Of a stretch of DNA of 64,000 nt, positions 53,295 through 62,651 are shown piece by piece (the first letter of the stretch is position 1; each line of letters begins with the position of its first letter). Made by a program: the position numbers and the translations under genes. The notes under the pieces were generated by a model that saw nothing but the letters and a program-made list of their open reading frames with translations, made no database searches and was not told the DNA's origin. The stretch comes from an uncultured Candidatus Saccharibacteria bacterium (lineage in GTDB: Bacteria > Patescibacteriota > Minisyncoccia > Phycocordibacterales > UBA12445), in assembly GCA_964649715.1 (NCBI GenBank), contig CAZYTH010000005.1:1765-65764 (forward strand). The letters are read 5' to 3'.

Positions 53295-55964
53295 TTATGG
53301 CAAAAGATTTATTGTTGTAAACTTTGAGATTTGTTCTCCCGCTTCGTTTATGCAACTCATTCTATATGTATAGTTTCTGTCAAAGGTGCCCGTTGTTCTT
53401 TTTATGGTTAAGGTGTCGCCAGATGAACTCACTGTATATTTTTTAAATTCTTCTTTTTTGATGTGGTCGGTCTCACTGGTGATAGCCACCCAGAGTCTGT
53501 TTACAATATCTGATCCATCGGGTGTTTCGTCGGTTAAGTTCGCTTGGATATTTAAACTATAACCATTAAGAGTTAGAAATATTGAGTCGTTTGCACTAAG
53601 TCCAGTGATATTTGGTTTGTAGGTGAGGGTCTGTGTTAAGGTGTTCTGACCTATTGTAAATGTATTAGTAGGGATTTGCACTATTGTTCCACCTTCACCA
53701 CTTGCACTTATTTCATATGTAAATATTGAAGGGTGATAGATATCAAAGGTGCCAATTATATTGCTTTCAAAATCCTCATCTTTTTGTATGAGTATTGTTT
53801 TTGTGGTGGAGGCGATATGTTTTCCATTTTCTAAGGTGCTCCATGTCGGCCAGTCCGTCTTGGTCATGCAAGAAATACTGTTTTCGGCCTCATAAAATAT
53901 TTCCGTCTTTTTTATTCCGTTTTTTAGGTCTTCGGTATTGCTTTCAATTTTTAACGTTGGTGCTTCTGGTTCATAATATATTTCTTCGTCACCATAAGAT
54001 TGATCTGGCTCGTCATTGTCAGCACCCGAAAGTCCTGAAAAAAGTTGACTTAAGTAGGAGAGCCAATCTGTGCCACCACTTGTGCCACCAGCACTTCCAC
54101 CACCTCCAGAGGTAGCACCCCCTCCTCCGCCAGATGTTTGTCCGCCACTTGTTTCCATTGTTACTCCCGAGACAGATGAACCACCGCTTCCACTAGATAA
54201 TGGAGAGACACCATCCTTTCTTTTGTCTTCTTCGCTCTCATCAGTGTTTAGAGTTACGTGTATTGGTGCGTCATTCAGAAGAGACGCTCTGTCGGCGACT
54301 AGTTTTGCGGCAATCAATATGGATTCATCGGTGCAGTGTTTTTTGCCATCATATTCAAAAGAATTTATGCATTCAGTCACCGCTGTTATCCCCCCAAATG
54401 GAGCCCAAGTTTGTTCCGCTCGACTCTTATATTCTTCTTCAAATTTATTCTTTATGTCTAAATTAATAAAGAATTGTCCTGGTCCATTGTTTCTGGAATC
54501 AGCTATTTCAAATAAATTACTAAAATTTTGAGATGGGTCTTGGGGAGGATTTTGGATAGAAGCTTTTGTGTCGATGGTAGGTTTTGTTGAGGCCAGATAG
54601 AAAGCTTCTTCATCTTTTTTTATTTCCACCTGTTCCCCAATGGCTTGGGCAATGAGTGTTTTATTTCCTTCGGGTATTTGGGATTTATTTGAATCTAGGA
54701 GATATAATAAAAGGTTGTTGGCAACTTCTTTTGACTCTTGAACCCATTCTTTTAGGGTCACAACCATATTTTTTGTTGGCCCTTGACCTATATCGTTTGA
54801 AGGAGTTCTTCCCTCTTTCATGAATTTTTGATAGTCATCTCTTTCTTTTTTTATGGCCTCCCTTGCCTCTTTAGCTGCTTCTGGATCGTCCTCCCTCTCC
54901 TTCTTTAGAAGGTCTTTTTGTATCGCTAAGATTTTTTCTGTATCCTCGCATATTTTTTGGGTAATGTGTCTGGTTTGTGTGGTCATATTTGCGAGTTGTT
55001 TGGTATAACCAAGAAGAGCTCCTGCTTGCTCTATTACGGGAACACCGTTACTCCCGCTGTCTCCTTGCGAATTTTGTGAGTTATTGCAGACGTTTTGTCC
55101 TGTTTCTTGTCCGTCTTTGATAATATTGTTGTTTTCACTCATTTGTTCAGAAGCACTGTTTACTGTTTCAACGGACTTAACCCCTTGTCCGCCTGCTCCT
55201 ACAACTTCTGCCATCATTCCGCTAGCTCCAGCGCTTGCTCCTGTAATTTGGGATGGAACTCTGTTGCTGTTTGCAAAACCTCCAAGTACGCCCTGAAGAG
55301 AGGAGGCTGAATTCATTATTCCGTTTCCCATCCCAGAAATCATCCCAATTCCCTGTTTGAATTCTGAGGGAATTGTAAAGCCAACCAAACTACCCACTCT
55401 TTCTAGCGTTTGTATTATTTGGGCAGGATTTGCATCTCCCTTACCAAGATTTTTGATGTCGTCAATTAACCCCAAAACAGCTGGAATTTTTCCCACTGTA
55501 TTCATTAAACCGTACACACTTTCAGCTTTATTTATTTGGCCTAAAGTATTATCGATTTTTTCAAATGTTTGTTTTTCTGCTGTGCTAAGCTGGTCGAGTG
55601 CTTCTCGCGCTTTTCTTTTTTTGTCTGCTATTCCTGGTATGTCATAATCAAATAATTTATCAGGACCGTTTATTATTGTTTCGAGCCCTGTCTTTGTAAC
55701 TTCAAATCCTTGTTTTGCAGTAACTCTAACGTTTTTATCTAAATACTCTTTTATTTTTGTTGTGGAGCTTAAATCAATACCAGCATTTTTCCCAGCATTT
55801 AAATAACCTTCTATCGTGCTTGTGTCATAGCCGAAGCTTTTTGCTGCGGATAATATTGAATTGGTATTGTAAGCAAATGTAAAAAGTGGGAAAAGAAAAG
55901 ATATGAACAATATCAGAACAACTGTGAGTCTTATTTTTCTAATTTTTAAAATTCCCCTTTTCAT
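53295..55964 (-). CDS. Large secreted hypothetical protein with Gly/Ser linkers
   Basis: Signal peptide, helical N-region, VPV.E motif, G/S-rich linker, beta-rich C-terminus. Confidence 0.7.
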   Translation of the reverse strand: MKRGILKIRKIRLTVVLILFISFLFPLFTFAYNTNSILSAAKSFGYDTSTIEGYLNAGKNAGIDLSSTTKIKEYLDKNVRVTAKQGFEVTKTGLETIINGPDKLFDYDIPGIADKKRKAREALDQLSTAEKQTFEKIDNTLGQINKAESVYGLMNTVGKIPAVLGLIDDIKNLGKGDANPAQIIQTLERVGSLVGFTIPSEFKQGIGMISGMGNGIMNSASSLQGVLGGFANSNRVPSQITGASAGASGMMAEVVGAGGQGVKSVETVNSASEQMSENNNIIKDGQETGQNVCNNSQNSQGDSGSNGVPVIEQAGALLGYTKQLANMTTQTRHITQKICEDTEKILAIQKDLLKKEREDDPEAAKEAREAIKKERDDYQKFMKEGRTPSNDIGQGPTKNMVVTLKEWVQESKEVANNLLLYLLDSNKSQIPEGNKTLIAQAIGEQVEIKKDEEAFYLASTKPTIDTKASIQNPPQDPSQNFSNLFEIADSRNNGPGQFFINLDIKNKFEEEYKSRAEQTWAPFGGITAVTECINSFEYDGKKHCTDESILIAAKLVADRASLLNDAPIHVTLNTDESEEDKRKDGVSPLSSGSGGSSVSGVTMETSGGQTSGGGGGATSGGGGSAGGTSGGTDWLSYLSQLFSGLSGADNDEPDQSYGDEEIYYEPEAPTLKIESNTEDLKNGIKKTEIFYEAENSISCMTKTDWPTWSTLENGKHIASTTKTILIQKDEDFESNIIGTFDIYHPSIFTYEISASGEGGTIVQIPTNTFTIGQNTLTQTLTYKPNITGLSANDSIFLTLNGYSLNIQANLTDETPDGSDIVNRLWVAITSETDHIKKEEFKKYTVSSSGDTLTIKRTTGTFDRNYTYRMSCINEAGEQISKFTTINLLP

Positions 55965-56792
55965 TTATTTTATCAAATTTATATACAAATTGATTTGTTC
56001 TTCCGGGCCGAATTCTATCTTTTTTTCAGAAAAGAATTTGTTGATCTGGTTTATATTTAAAACAAGTTCATCCGTTTCCCTCTTGAAGTCGTTTACGGTT
56101 GCGATTACGGTATCTGGACTTTCGAGTGCAAGGGATAACAATAGGTCTATATATGATATTTTTGCGCAATTATTCACCAGTTTTAAATGTTGTGATGATA
56201 TTTCGTTTGGAACTTGCATTCCCAAGAGGGTTTCTGCAACGACTTTATGAAGCTCGCTCATAATTCTTATTTTTTCAAAGTCTTGAGAGTTGCCTGTTTG
56301 TATAGCCTGCATCACGAGATAACCTTCGTTTGGGAGGTTTGTTAGGGAGTAGGGTTTTAATGCTGTAACAAGGTCTTTTGCATACTTTTTGTAAACAGCA
56401 TCGTTTTTATCGTAAACGATGTTAAGATTAGAGAATTTATAGGAAATAAAACCCTTTTTGGTGACTGAGTTTGATATTGAAGCAGTATTATCTGACGTTT
56501 GCCTTGTGTAGGTTGGCTCGCTTTTTTTTGTTGTTTCTTCTTCTTCCTCTTCTATCCAATGCCATTTATTTGTCGTTTCTTGATCGTTTTCTTTAGATAA
56601 TGATGTATTTTCCCTTGAGAAAACAAGTACATTTCCCCTTTTTTCAATTTTTTCTATCGCGTCCACCTCTTTATCTATTGCTATGTTTTTGTCTGCAGTT
56701 CCATTTTCAGAAAAGACAAACCACGCTCCAAACAAAAGGAGAATTATTCCTGCTCTCTTCGCAAATTTGTTACTTGGTAGATATTCCATCAA
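55965..56792 (-). CDS. Membrane-anchored hypothetical protein
   Basis: YLPS.KF start, single TM, VP......HL.L.N motif. Confidence 0.7.
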   Translation of the reverse strand: MMEYLPSNKFAKRAGIILLLFGAWFVFSENGTADKNIAIDKEVDAIEKIEKRGNVLVFSRENTSLSKENDQETTNKWHWIEEEEEETTKKSEPTYTRQTSDNTASISNSVTKKGFISYKFSNLNIVYDKNDAVYKKYAKDLVTALKPYSLTNLPNEGYLVMQAIQTGNSQDFEKIRIMSELHKVVAETLLGMQVPNEISSQHLKLVNNCAKISYIDLLLSLALESPDTVIATVNDFKRETDELVLNINQINKFFSEKKIEFGPEEQINLYINLIK

Positions 56793-56913
56793 AATTGGGA
56801 ACAGTTAGAAACATCCCCAATTTATTATACCACCTTCTCTGAATGAATAGTATAGTCTTTTTTTAAAAAACTGTGGATAAGTCTGTAATTGAAGATAGAC
56901 GGTTTAAATTTAA

Positions 56914-56964
56914 ACTTGGACTCCGGGTTTCCAAGTATTTTGCTTGGAAACCCGGAGTCCAAGT
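56914..56964. repeat. REPIN-like doublet: perfect 22-bp inverted repeat, each arm itself palindromic
   Basis: ACTTGGACTCCGGGTTTCCAAG-tattttg-CTTGGAAACCCGGAGTCCAAGT, 5 nt after the rsmA stop. Confidence 0.8.
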
Positions 56965-56969
56965 ACCCG

Positions 56970-57776
56970 CTACTGAGAAGACAAACAGAGCCAGTCTTCT
57001 AGTTTCATATCCTCGGCTCTTTTTTTTGGATCTATGTTGCAATTTTTGAGTGCATTTTCGGCTTCCCCCCTACTTTCAAAAACATTTTCTAGGTTTCCTA
57101 ATATCATTTTTCTTTTTTGGCCGAATCCTGCATGTAATATTTTAAAAAATCTAGCCTCTGTTTCTCCTTCAATCTTAGGATCTAAATTTTTTTGCGAAAG
57201 GTCAATTAAGAGTATGGCGGAATCTACATTTGGAGATGGAAAAAAAGAACCTCTTTTAACGGTTTCTATTAATTTTGGATTACCATAGGCTTTTACACTT
57301 ATAGAAAGGATGCTTTCTTTATTATTTCTGGCCACAATCCTCTCAGCTACTTCTTTTTGGACAAGAAGTATCATTTTTTGAGGTTTATTTTTGGTTGTAA
57401 GAAATTTTTTGATGAAATGTCCTGTAATATAGTATGGAATGTTGGCAACTATTTTATACCCATTTTTAAGTTCAACATGGTTTTCTGGAGAAAAATAAAG
57501 AATGTCGCCATTTATTATTTCTAGTTGTCTCGTTTCTAGATTTTTTGAGAAATTTTCATTCAAAAAATCCACAAGGGTGGAATCTTTTTCTATCGCTATT
57601 ATTTTCTTAGGGTTTTTCTTTAAAAGGAATCTTGTTAAGGCGCCTTTTCCTGGTCCAACCTCAAGAACAATGTCCTCTGTATTTATTTCTGCTGTTTCGG
57701 TAATCTTCTGTAGGGCGCTCTCTGAAGTGAGAAAATTCTGCCCTAGCGACTTTTTTGGTCTTATTTTTTCTTCCAT
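56970..57776 (-). CDS. rsmA: 16S rRNA dimethyladenosine transferase RsmA/KsgA
   Basis: KKSLGQNFL, LEVGPGKG.LT, IEKD, VANIPYYIT, QKEVAERI, F.P.PNVDSA. Confidence 0.97.
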   Translation of the reverse strand: MEEKIRPKKSLGQNFLTSESALQKITETAEINTEDIVLEVGPGKGALTRFLLKKNPKKIIAIEKDSTLVDFLNENFSKNLETRQLEIINGDILYFSPENHVELKNGYKIVANIPYYITGHFIKKFLTTKNKPQKMILLVQKEVAERIVARNNKESILSISVKAYGNPKLIETVKRGSFFPSPNVDSAILLIDLSQKNLDPKIEGETEARFFKILHAGFGQKRKMILGNLENVFESRGEAENALKNCNIDPKKRAEDMKLEDWLCLSSQ

Positions 57777-57840
57777 ATTTGGTATTTTAGCATTTATTTA
57801 CAGTGATATAAAATTAGAATAAAAATTCCCACTTTGGTTT

Positions 57841-59862
57841 TTATTTTAAGCAGTCCCAAATTATGTCATCTTCTGAAGTATTTTTATAGATATTTCCTCC
57901 ATAATTTCTAGAGTCAAAACATTTTTCATTTTTTTCTACAGAAACAATAGAGTCGTCTAGATCAGGCAAAAATTCAGAGGGCAGGTTCATTTGTCTGGTT
58001 CCAAATATCATTCGTGACGAGGAATAAGACAAGAAAAGTTTTTCCTTTGCCCTTGTAACAGCAACGTAAAAAAGTCGTCTTTCTTCTTCTGGGTCGCTTG
58101 AATCATCATCTCCAAAGCTTCTGTGCGGAAAAAGGTTGTCTTCGAGACCAACGATAAAAACATTTTTGAATTCAAGCCCCTTTGATGCATGAACAGTCAT
58201 TAATCGTACTCCCTCTTTCTTTTTTTTGTCCATAATGGCATCTTGGTCAGACATAAGAGATGTATCGGTTAAGAATTTATCAAGTGCTTCTTCAATTGGA
58301 AGATTGTCATATTTTGTGGCAATGTTTGCCAACTCCAAGATGTTTCCTAAACGGTCTATTCCCTCTTCTTTGCCATCTTCTTTAAGCATCACATCCATTC
58401 CTGTTTCTTTTACAATAAATTTTATCGCTTGAGGCAGTTTTTCTTTTAATATTGTTTCGCGAATTTTTTCCATTTTTCTAGCAAAATCAATCACTTTCTC
58501 TCTCATTTTTTCCGGAAGAGAGGCCTCATTCTTTAATAATTCGTAATTCGTAATTGATAATTGATAATTCAACCCGAGAATTTTTTCGAGGGATGTTTTC
58601 CCTATACCTCGTGGAGGAACATTTATGATTCTCCCAAACGATTCTTTGTCTTTTGGATTTAGAGAAAACTTTATAAAAGCAATTATATCTTTTACTTCTT
58701 TTCTTTCATAAAATCGCGTGCCAAGAATTTGATAAGGAGTCCCTGTTTTTAAAAAATTTTCTTCAAGAATGCGAGACTGGAAGTTCGCTCTATAAAGGAC
58801 GGCTATTTCTTCCGGTTTCACGTTGCCTTTTGAGATTATCTCTTTGCATTTTTTTACAACGAAACCTGCTTCATCGTATTCGTCTATGGCTTCAAATAAA
58901 GTTATTTTCTCACCATCTTCGTTTCTCGTGAATAAATTCTTTTCTTTGCGTAACTTGTTTCTTTGAATAACACGATTTGCTAGATCGAGTATTGTCTTGG
59001 TTGAGCGGTAATTCTCTTCCAAAAGGACGGTTTTAGCTCCCGGGAAATTATTTTCAAAATCAAGAATATTTTTGAAGTCGGCATATCTCCAGCTGTATAT
59101 CGCTTGATCACTATCACCCACAACACAAATATTCCCGTGTTTCTCGGCAAGCAGTCGCGAGAGTTCATATTGTGAGGTGTTGGTATCTTGATATTCATCT
59201 ATATGGATATATTTCCAGAGGTCTTGATAACGATCTAATATTTCTTTTTTATTTTTTAGAAGAAGGACACTTTTTTGTATTAGGTCATCAAAATCGTAAG
59301 ATTCATTTTCGGTAAGCATATCCTCGTATTTTCTCCATATTTTTGCGACCATGTCTTTGAAATAACCACTTTTTGATTCGTTTTGGTAGTTTTCAATGCT
59401 TTGCATTTTGTTTTTGCCTCTGGAAATTGCATTGCGAATTGATTTTATATTGATTTCTTTTGGATCAAAACCAAGATCTTTTGCGGATCTCTTGAGAAAA
59501 GAGATTGTTCCATCGTCGTCTAAAATTGAAAAATACCTACTCCTCCCGATTGTGGATGCGTTCTCTTTTAATATTCGGACACCTAAAGAGTGGAAAGTAC
59601 TTATAAAAGGAATATTGCTAAAACCTGTGTTCATTGGAAGGAGTATTCTTACGCGGTCGGACATTTCTTTTGCTGCTTTGTTTGTGAAAGTTACTGCAAG
59701 AATATTTTTCGGTTCCACTCCCGAATTTATTAGATTTGCTATTCTGTGAACTATTGTTTTTGTTTTCCCTGCTCCTGCCCCTGCGACAATAAGAAGAGGA
59801 CCGTTTTTGTGTAAAACGGCTTCTTTTTGTCTCTCGTTTAGATTATTTGAGTGTTCCTGCAT
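57841..59862 (-). CDS. pcrA: ATP-dependent DNA helicase PcrA/UvrD
   Basis: AGAGAGKT, TFTNKAA, DEYQDTN, VGD.DQ.IY.WR, NYRS, TVHASKGLEF, EERRLFYVAVTRA. Confidence 0.97.
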   Translation of the reverse strand: MQEHSNNLNERQKEAVLHKNGPLLIVAGAGAGKTKTIVHRIANLINSGVEPKNILAVTFTNKAAKEMSDRVRILLPMNTGFSNIPFISTFHSLGVRILKENASTIGRSRYFSILDDDGTISFLKRSAKDLGFDPKEINIKSIRNAISRGKNKMQSIENYQNESKSGYFKDMVAKIWRKYEDMLTENESYDFDDLIQKSVLLLKNKKEILDRYQDLWKYIHIDEYQDTNTSQYELSRLLAEKHGNICVVGDSDQAIYSWRYADFKNILDFENNFPGAKTVLLEENYRSTKTILDLANRVIQRNKLRKEKNLFTRNEDGEKITLFEAIDEYDEAGFVVKKCKEIISKGNVKPEEIAVLYRANFQSRILEENFLKTGTPYQILGTRFYERKEVKDIIAFIKFSLNPKDKESFGRIINVPPRGIGKTSLEKILGLNYQLSITNYELLKNEASLPEKMREKVIDFARKMEKIRETILKEKLPQAIKFIVKETGMDVMLKEDGKEEGIDRLGNILELANIATKYDNLPIEEALDKFLTDTSLMSDQDAIMDKKKKEGVRLMTVHASKGLEFKNVFIVGLEDNLFPHRSFGDDDSSDPEEERRLFYVAVTRAKEKLFLSYSSSRMIFGTRQMNLPSEFLPDLDDSIVSVEKNEKCFDSRNYGGNIYKNTSEDDIIWDCLK
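58537..58570. repeat. Heptamer tandem repeat inside pcrA
   Basis: TAATTCG TAATTCG TAATTGA TAATTGA TAATTC, read as NYQLSITNYEL. Confidence 0.7.
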
Positions 59863-59864
59863 TT

Positions 59865-60089
59865 TTAATTGGCCTCAGAATTTTTTTTTGATTCTATCTC
59901 TTGTTCAACACTCTCTAATTCGCTCTTTTTATTCTCTATCTCTTTATTTATTTCCTCAAGTTTTGTTTTTGAGTTTTCGCTTGCCTCACTTATTGTTTCG
60001 AAGTCTCTTATTAGTTCTTCTATTTTTGGCAACAATTCTTTTGTCTGTCTTATTGTTTCTTTCATTTTATATATTATGTCTGCGTTCAT
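59865..60089 (-). CDS. Small coiled-coil protein
   Basis: 74-aa E/K-rich ORF ending 3 nt before the pcrA start. Confidence 0.55.
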   Translation of the reverse strand: MNADIIYKMKETIRQTKELLPKIEELIRDFETISEASENSKTKLEEINKEIENKKSELESVEQEIESKKNSEAN

Positions 60090-60221
60090 ATTTTATATAT
60101 TTTATCCTATTAATTTGTTTTGATGTTATCACACAAATCATTTCCAGAGAAATTTTTACAATGTTGTGGTATTTTTCTAAAAAAGATATTATTTAGGTAT
60201 AAAAATATTAATGAATTTTAA

Positions 60222-61907
60222 ATGAAAAATCCCGAAGAATTTATTCGAAAAACAAGAGAGGAGAAAAGTTTCAAAGGCTCTACTAAAGATGATTTTTTGA
60301 ATGGACTACTGGTTCGGGCGAAGGGCGCGGAAGGTGCAGACAGAAAAGAAGTTGAAAAAAAGCAAAAAAACGTACATTTTTCAAATGATCCAAAGGATAT
60401 GGAAGCGGTGTTTGAAGGAGTAGAGCCTGCATTAGATGATTCTGGTGGTGGAGATGGCGTCTCTAAAGTGGCAGAAACTGAAAAAGATGATAATTTGACG
60501 AAAAACAAGGAATTAGAAGATTTTGATGCCGATAAAGTAGCGGATAGACTCTTTGAGATACAAAAGATATTGAAAGATCAGGAAGGTTTGGTCGCCTGGG
60601 CTCCAGAAGATAGAAAAAAAATGATCGGTTTTTTTGAAAAGAATAAATTGATAAAAGAAGAAAAAGAATTAAAAGATAAGATTGATATGCTTGCTGGATT
60701 GATTCCAAATGTTCCAGTTGATCGTTCTGAGCCTCCTGCTCCCTTGAGAAAAAGAGGTCGGCCAAAAAAACCAAATCTCACTGATAAGGAAAAAGAGGAA
60801 ATAGCACAGAAATGGGATTCACAGGACAAAAAGGAGGCAGAGATACTTGAGTATAGAAAAAAAATTGATGAAAAGATTAAAAAGAAATTAAATCTAACAG
60901 AAGAACAAATAAAAATACTTGAAGATGGAGGGAGCGTCACTGTTGAAAATGAAGATAATTTTTCTGAGAATGAGGAAGAAACGAATGATATAAATAACGA
61001 AAGAATTGAATCAGGAATAAGGAGTAAAAAAGGGAAAAAACAAGAAAATAATAAAAGAGTTAAAGAAACTGCTACTCAAAAGATTGAAACAGGCAAGGAA
61101 AATGTTTCTCAAAAAATAGAAGAAATAAAAGGTGTTATTAATAAAGAGTTTGGAGGGGAACCAAAAGAGCCAAAAACGCGAAAAGAACAAATAGAAGTAA
61201 AGGAGAAAGAGTTGATTGAATTGAACAGCACAGAACAGGAGTTGGGTGGCGAGATAAGTTCTAGAAAAGATAAATATAAAGAATTGTTTGAGAGCGACAA
61301 TGTTTGGCGAAATCTTATTAATGGTTGGTGGTTTGAGACTGATACCAAAGAGCAATTAGAAAATGAGATATCTGTTTTAGAAAACGAAAAGAAGGTAATT
61401 AAAGAGGTTATTTCTAGTTTGAAGTCTGAAATAAAGGATTTAAAAAAAGATTATATTGATTCAAGATTGAAAGATATTAAAAATAACGAAAAAGACAGAG
61501 GAGATTCTGGGTACGTTGAACAGGTTTCTGGTGGATATGAGGCAAAAACAGAAGAACTTAGTGGTGTAAATCGTGAGATAGCTTCTTCTGCGGAAGGAAT
61601 TTTTTCTTCAGTTAATGAAAAAAAAGATTTTTTAAATAAGCTAAAAGATAAAAAGAGCAAAATTGAGGAAGAAATTATTATATATGAGATAGAAAATTCT
61701 GATAGTAAAGAAATTTTAGAAAAGATAGAAAAAAAAGAGGATGAGACGTTGAATGAAATTGATGGTTTGAAAATGAATAAAGGCAAAATAAAGAGTGGAG
61801 ATATAGAGCATTCCGAATATGAAAAAAGCATCAAGAGACTTGAGGATAGAATGAAGAAATTGGGTGAGTTAAAGGGTAAAATTTATAAGGAAGCAGGAAT
61901 TATTTAA
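60222..61907 (+). CDS. Charged coiled-coil hypothetical protein with AT-hook-like motif
   Basis: E/K-rich 561-aa ORF; KRGRPKK motif. Confidence 0.7.
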   Translation: MKNPEEFIRKTREEKSFKGSTKDDFLNGLLVRAKGAEGADRKEVEKKQKNVHFSNDPKDMEAVFEGVEPALDDSGGGDGVSKVAETEKDDNLTKNKELEDFDADKVADRLFEIQKILKDQEGLVAWAPEDRKKMIGFFEKNKLIKEEKELKDKIDMLAGLIPNVPVDRSEPPAPLRKRGRPKKPNLTDKEKEEIAQKWDSQDKKEAEILEYRKKIDEKIKKKLNLTEEQIKILEDGGSVTVENEDNFSENEEETNDINNERIESGIRSKKGKKQENNKRVKETATQKIETGKENVSQKIEEIKGVINKEFGGEPKEPKTRKEQIEVKEKELIELNSTEQELGGEISSRKDKYKELFESDNVWRNLINGWWFETDTKEQLENEISVLENEKKVIKEVISSLKSEIKDLKKDYIDSRLKDIKNNEKDRGDSGYVEQVSGGYEAKTEELSGVNREIASSAEGIFSSVNEKKDFLNKLKDKKSKIEEEIIIYEIENSDSKEILEKIEKKEDETLNEIDGLKMNKGKIKSGDIEHSEYEKSIKRLEDRMKKLGELKGKIYKEAGII

Positions 61908-61917
61908 TAATAAAAAG

Positions 61918-62133
61918 ATGGGAAGTAATGAAAATGCACTAAGGGGCAAAGTTTTTAATCAAGAACATCGATTGAAACAAATAGATGTAGCTCTTAGGGA
62001 AATCAATAATGAAATAAAGAAGAATGAGGAATCTGCGAGGGAAAATTTGACAGATGCTCTCATCGCCAAAAATGCTCATTTAAATTCTTTAAAAAGAAAA
62101 TTGATTTCAGAAAGGAGCGAAATTCCAAAATAA
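61918..62133 (+). CDS. Small hypothetical coiled-coil protein
   Basis: Follows the previous gene by 10 nt; followed by a terminator. Confidence 0.55.
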   Translation: MGSNENALRGKVFNQEHRLKQIDVALREINNEIKKNEESARENLTDALIAKNAHLNSLKRKLISERSEIPK

Positions 62134-62138
62134 TTTTT

Positions 62139-62174
62139 AAAAACCATTCTTTTAATTTAAAGAGTGGTTTTTTT
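62139..62174 (+). terminator. Intrinsic terminator
   Basis: AAAAACCATTCTTT-taattt-AAAGAGTGGTTTTTTT. Confidence 0.6.
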
Positions 62175-62242
62175 ATTGACTATCTTTTTAGTTCAAAGAT
62201 ATGTTATTATTTATGCATTAGTATATTTAAGGAAATTATAAA

Positions 62243-62641
62243 ATGGAGGGAGACCCACAAAATAAAATAGAATCGGAGATTGCGGAACTAACAAAACAGA
62301 TTGAAGAAAAAAGAAGGATTTTGGAATCTAATAAAGGGATAATCGAAGAGAAAGAGATCGTGAGACAAGCCATAGGAGAGAAGATAGCAGAATCTACATC
62401 GGCACCACGTTCTTCTTCTGTAAAACCGATAACTCTTAGCGGTACATCTAGTTATCTTGATAGTGTTGATAAGGAAACTGAGGAGAAAGTTAACTCTCTT
62501 TTGCAGATTTTTACCAAAAAAGGTCTAAAAGCAGCCATAAAAGAACTTGAAGGAGCTGATTTTTTTGTTGTTGATGCTTTCCACGATGCTCTTACCGACA
62601 AAATGTATGAACAACTAAAAGAAAAAGGCTTAGTCGCATAA
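62243..62641 (+). CDS. Conserved hypothetical protein upstream of the coupling protein
   Basis: KG...AI......D.F..DAFHD.L....Y..L...G motif. Confidence 0.75.
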   Translation: MEGDPQNKIESEIAELTKQIEEKRRILESNKGIIEEKEIVRQAIGEKIAESTSAPRSSSVKPITLSGTSSYLDSVDKETEEKVNSLLQIFTKKGLKAAIKELEGADFFVVDAFHDALTDKMYEQLKEKGLVA

Positions 62642-62651
62642 TTTTATAATA

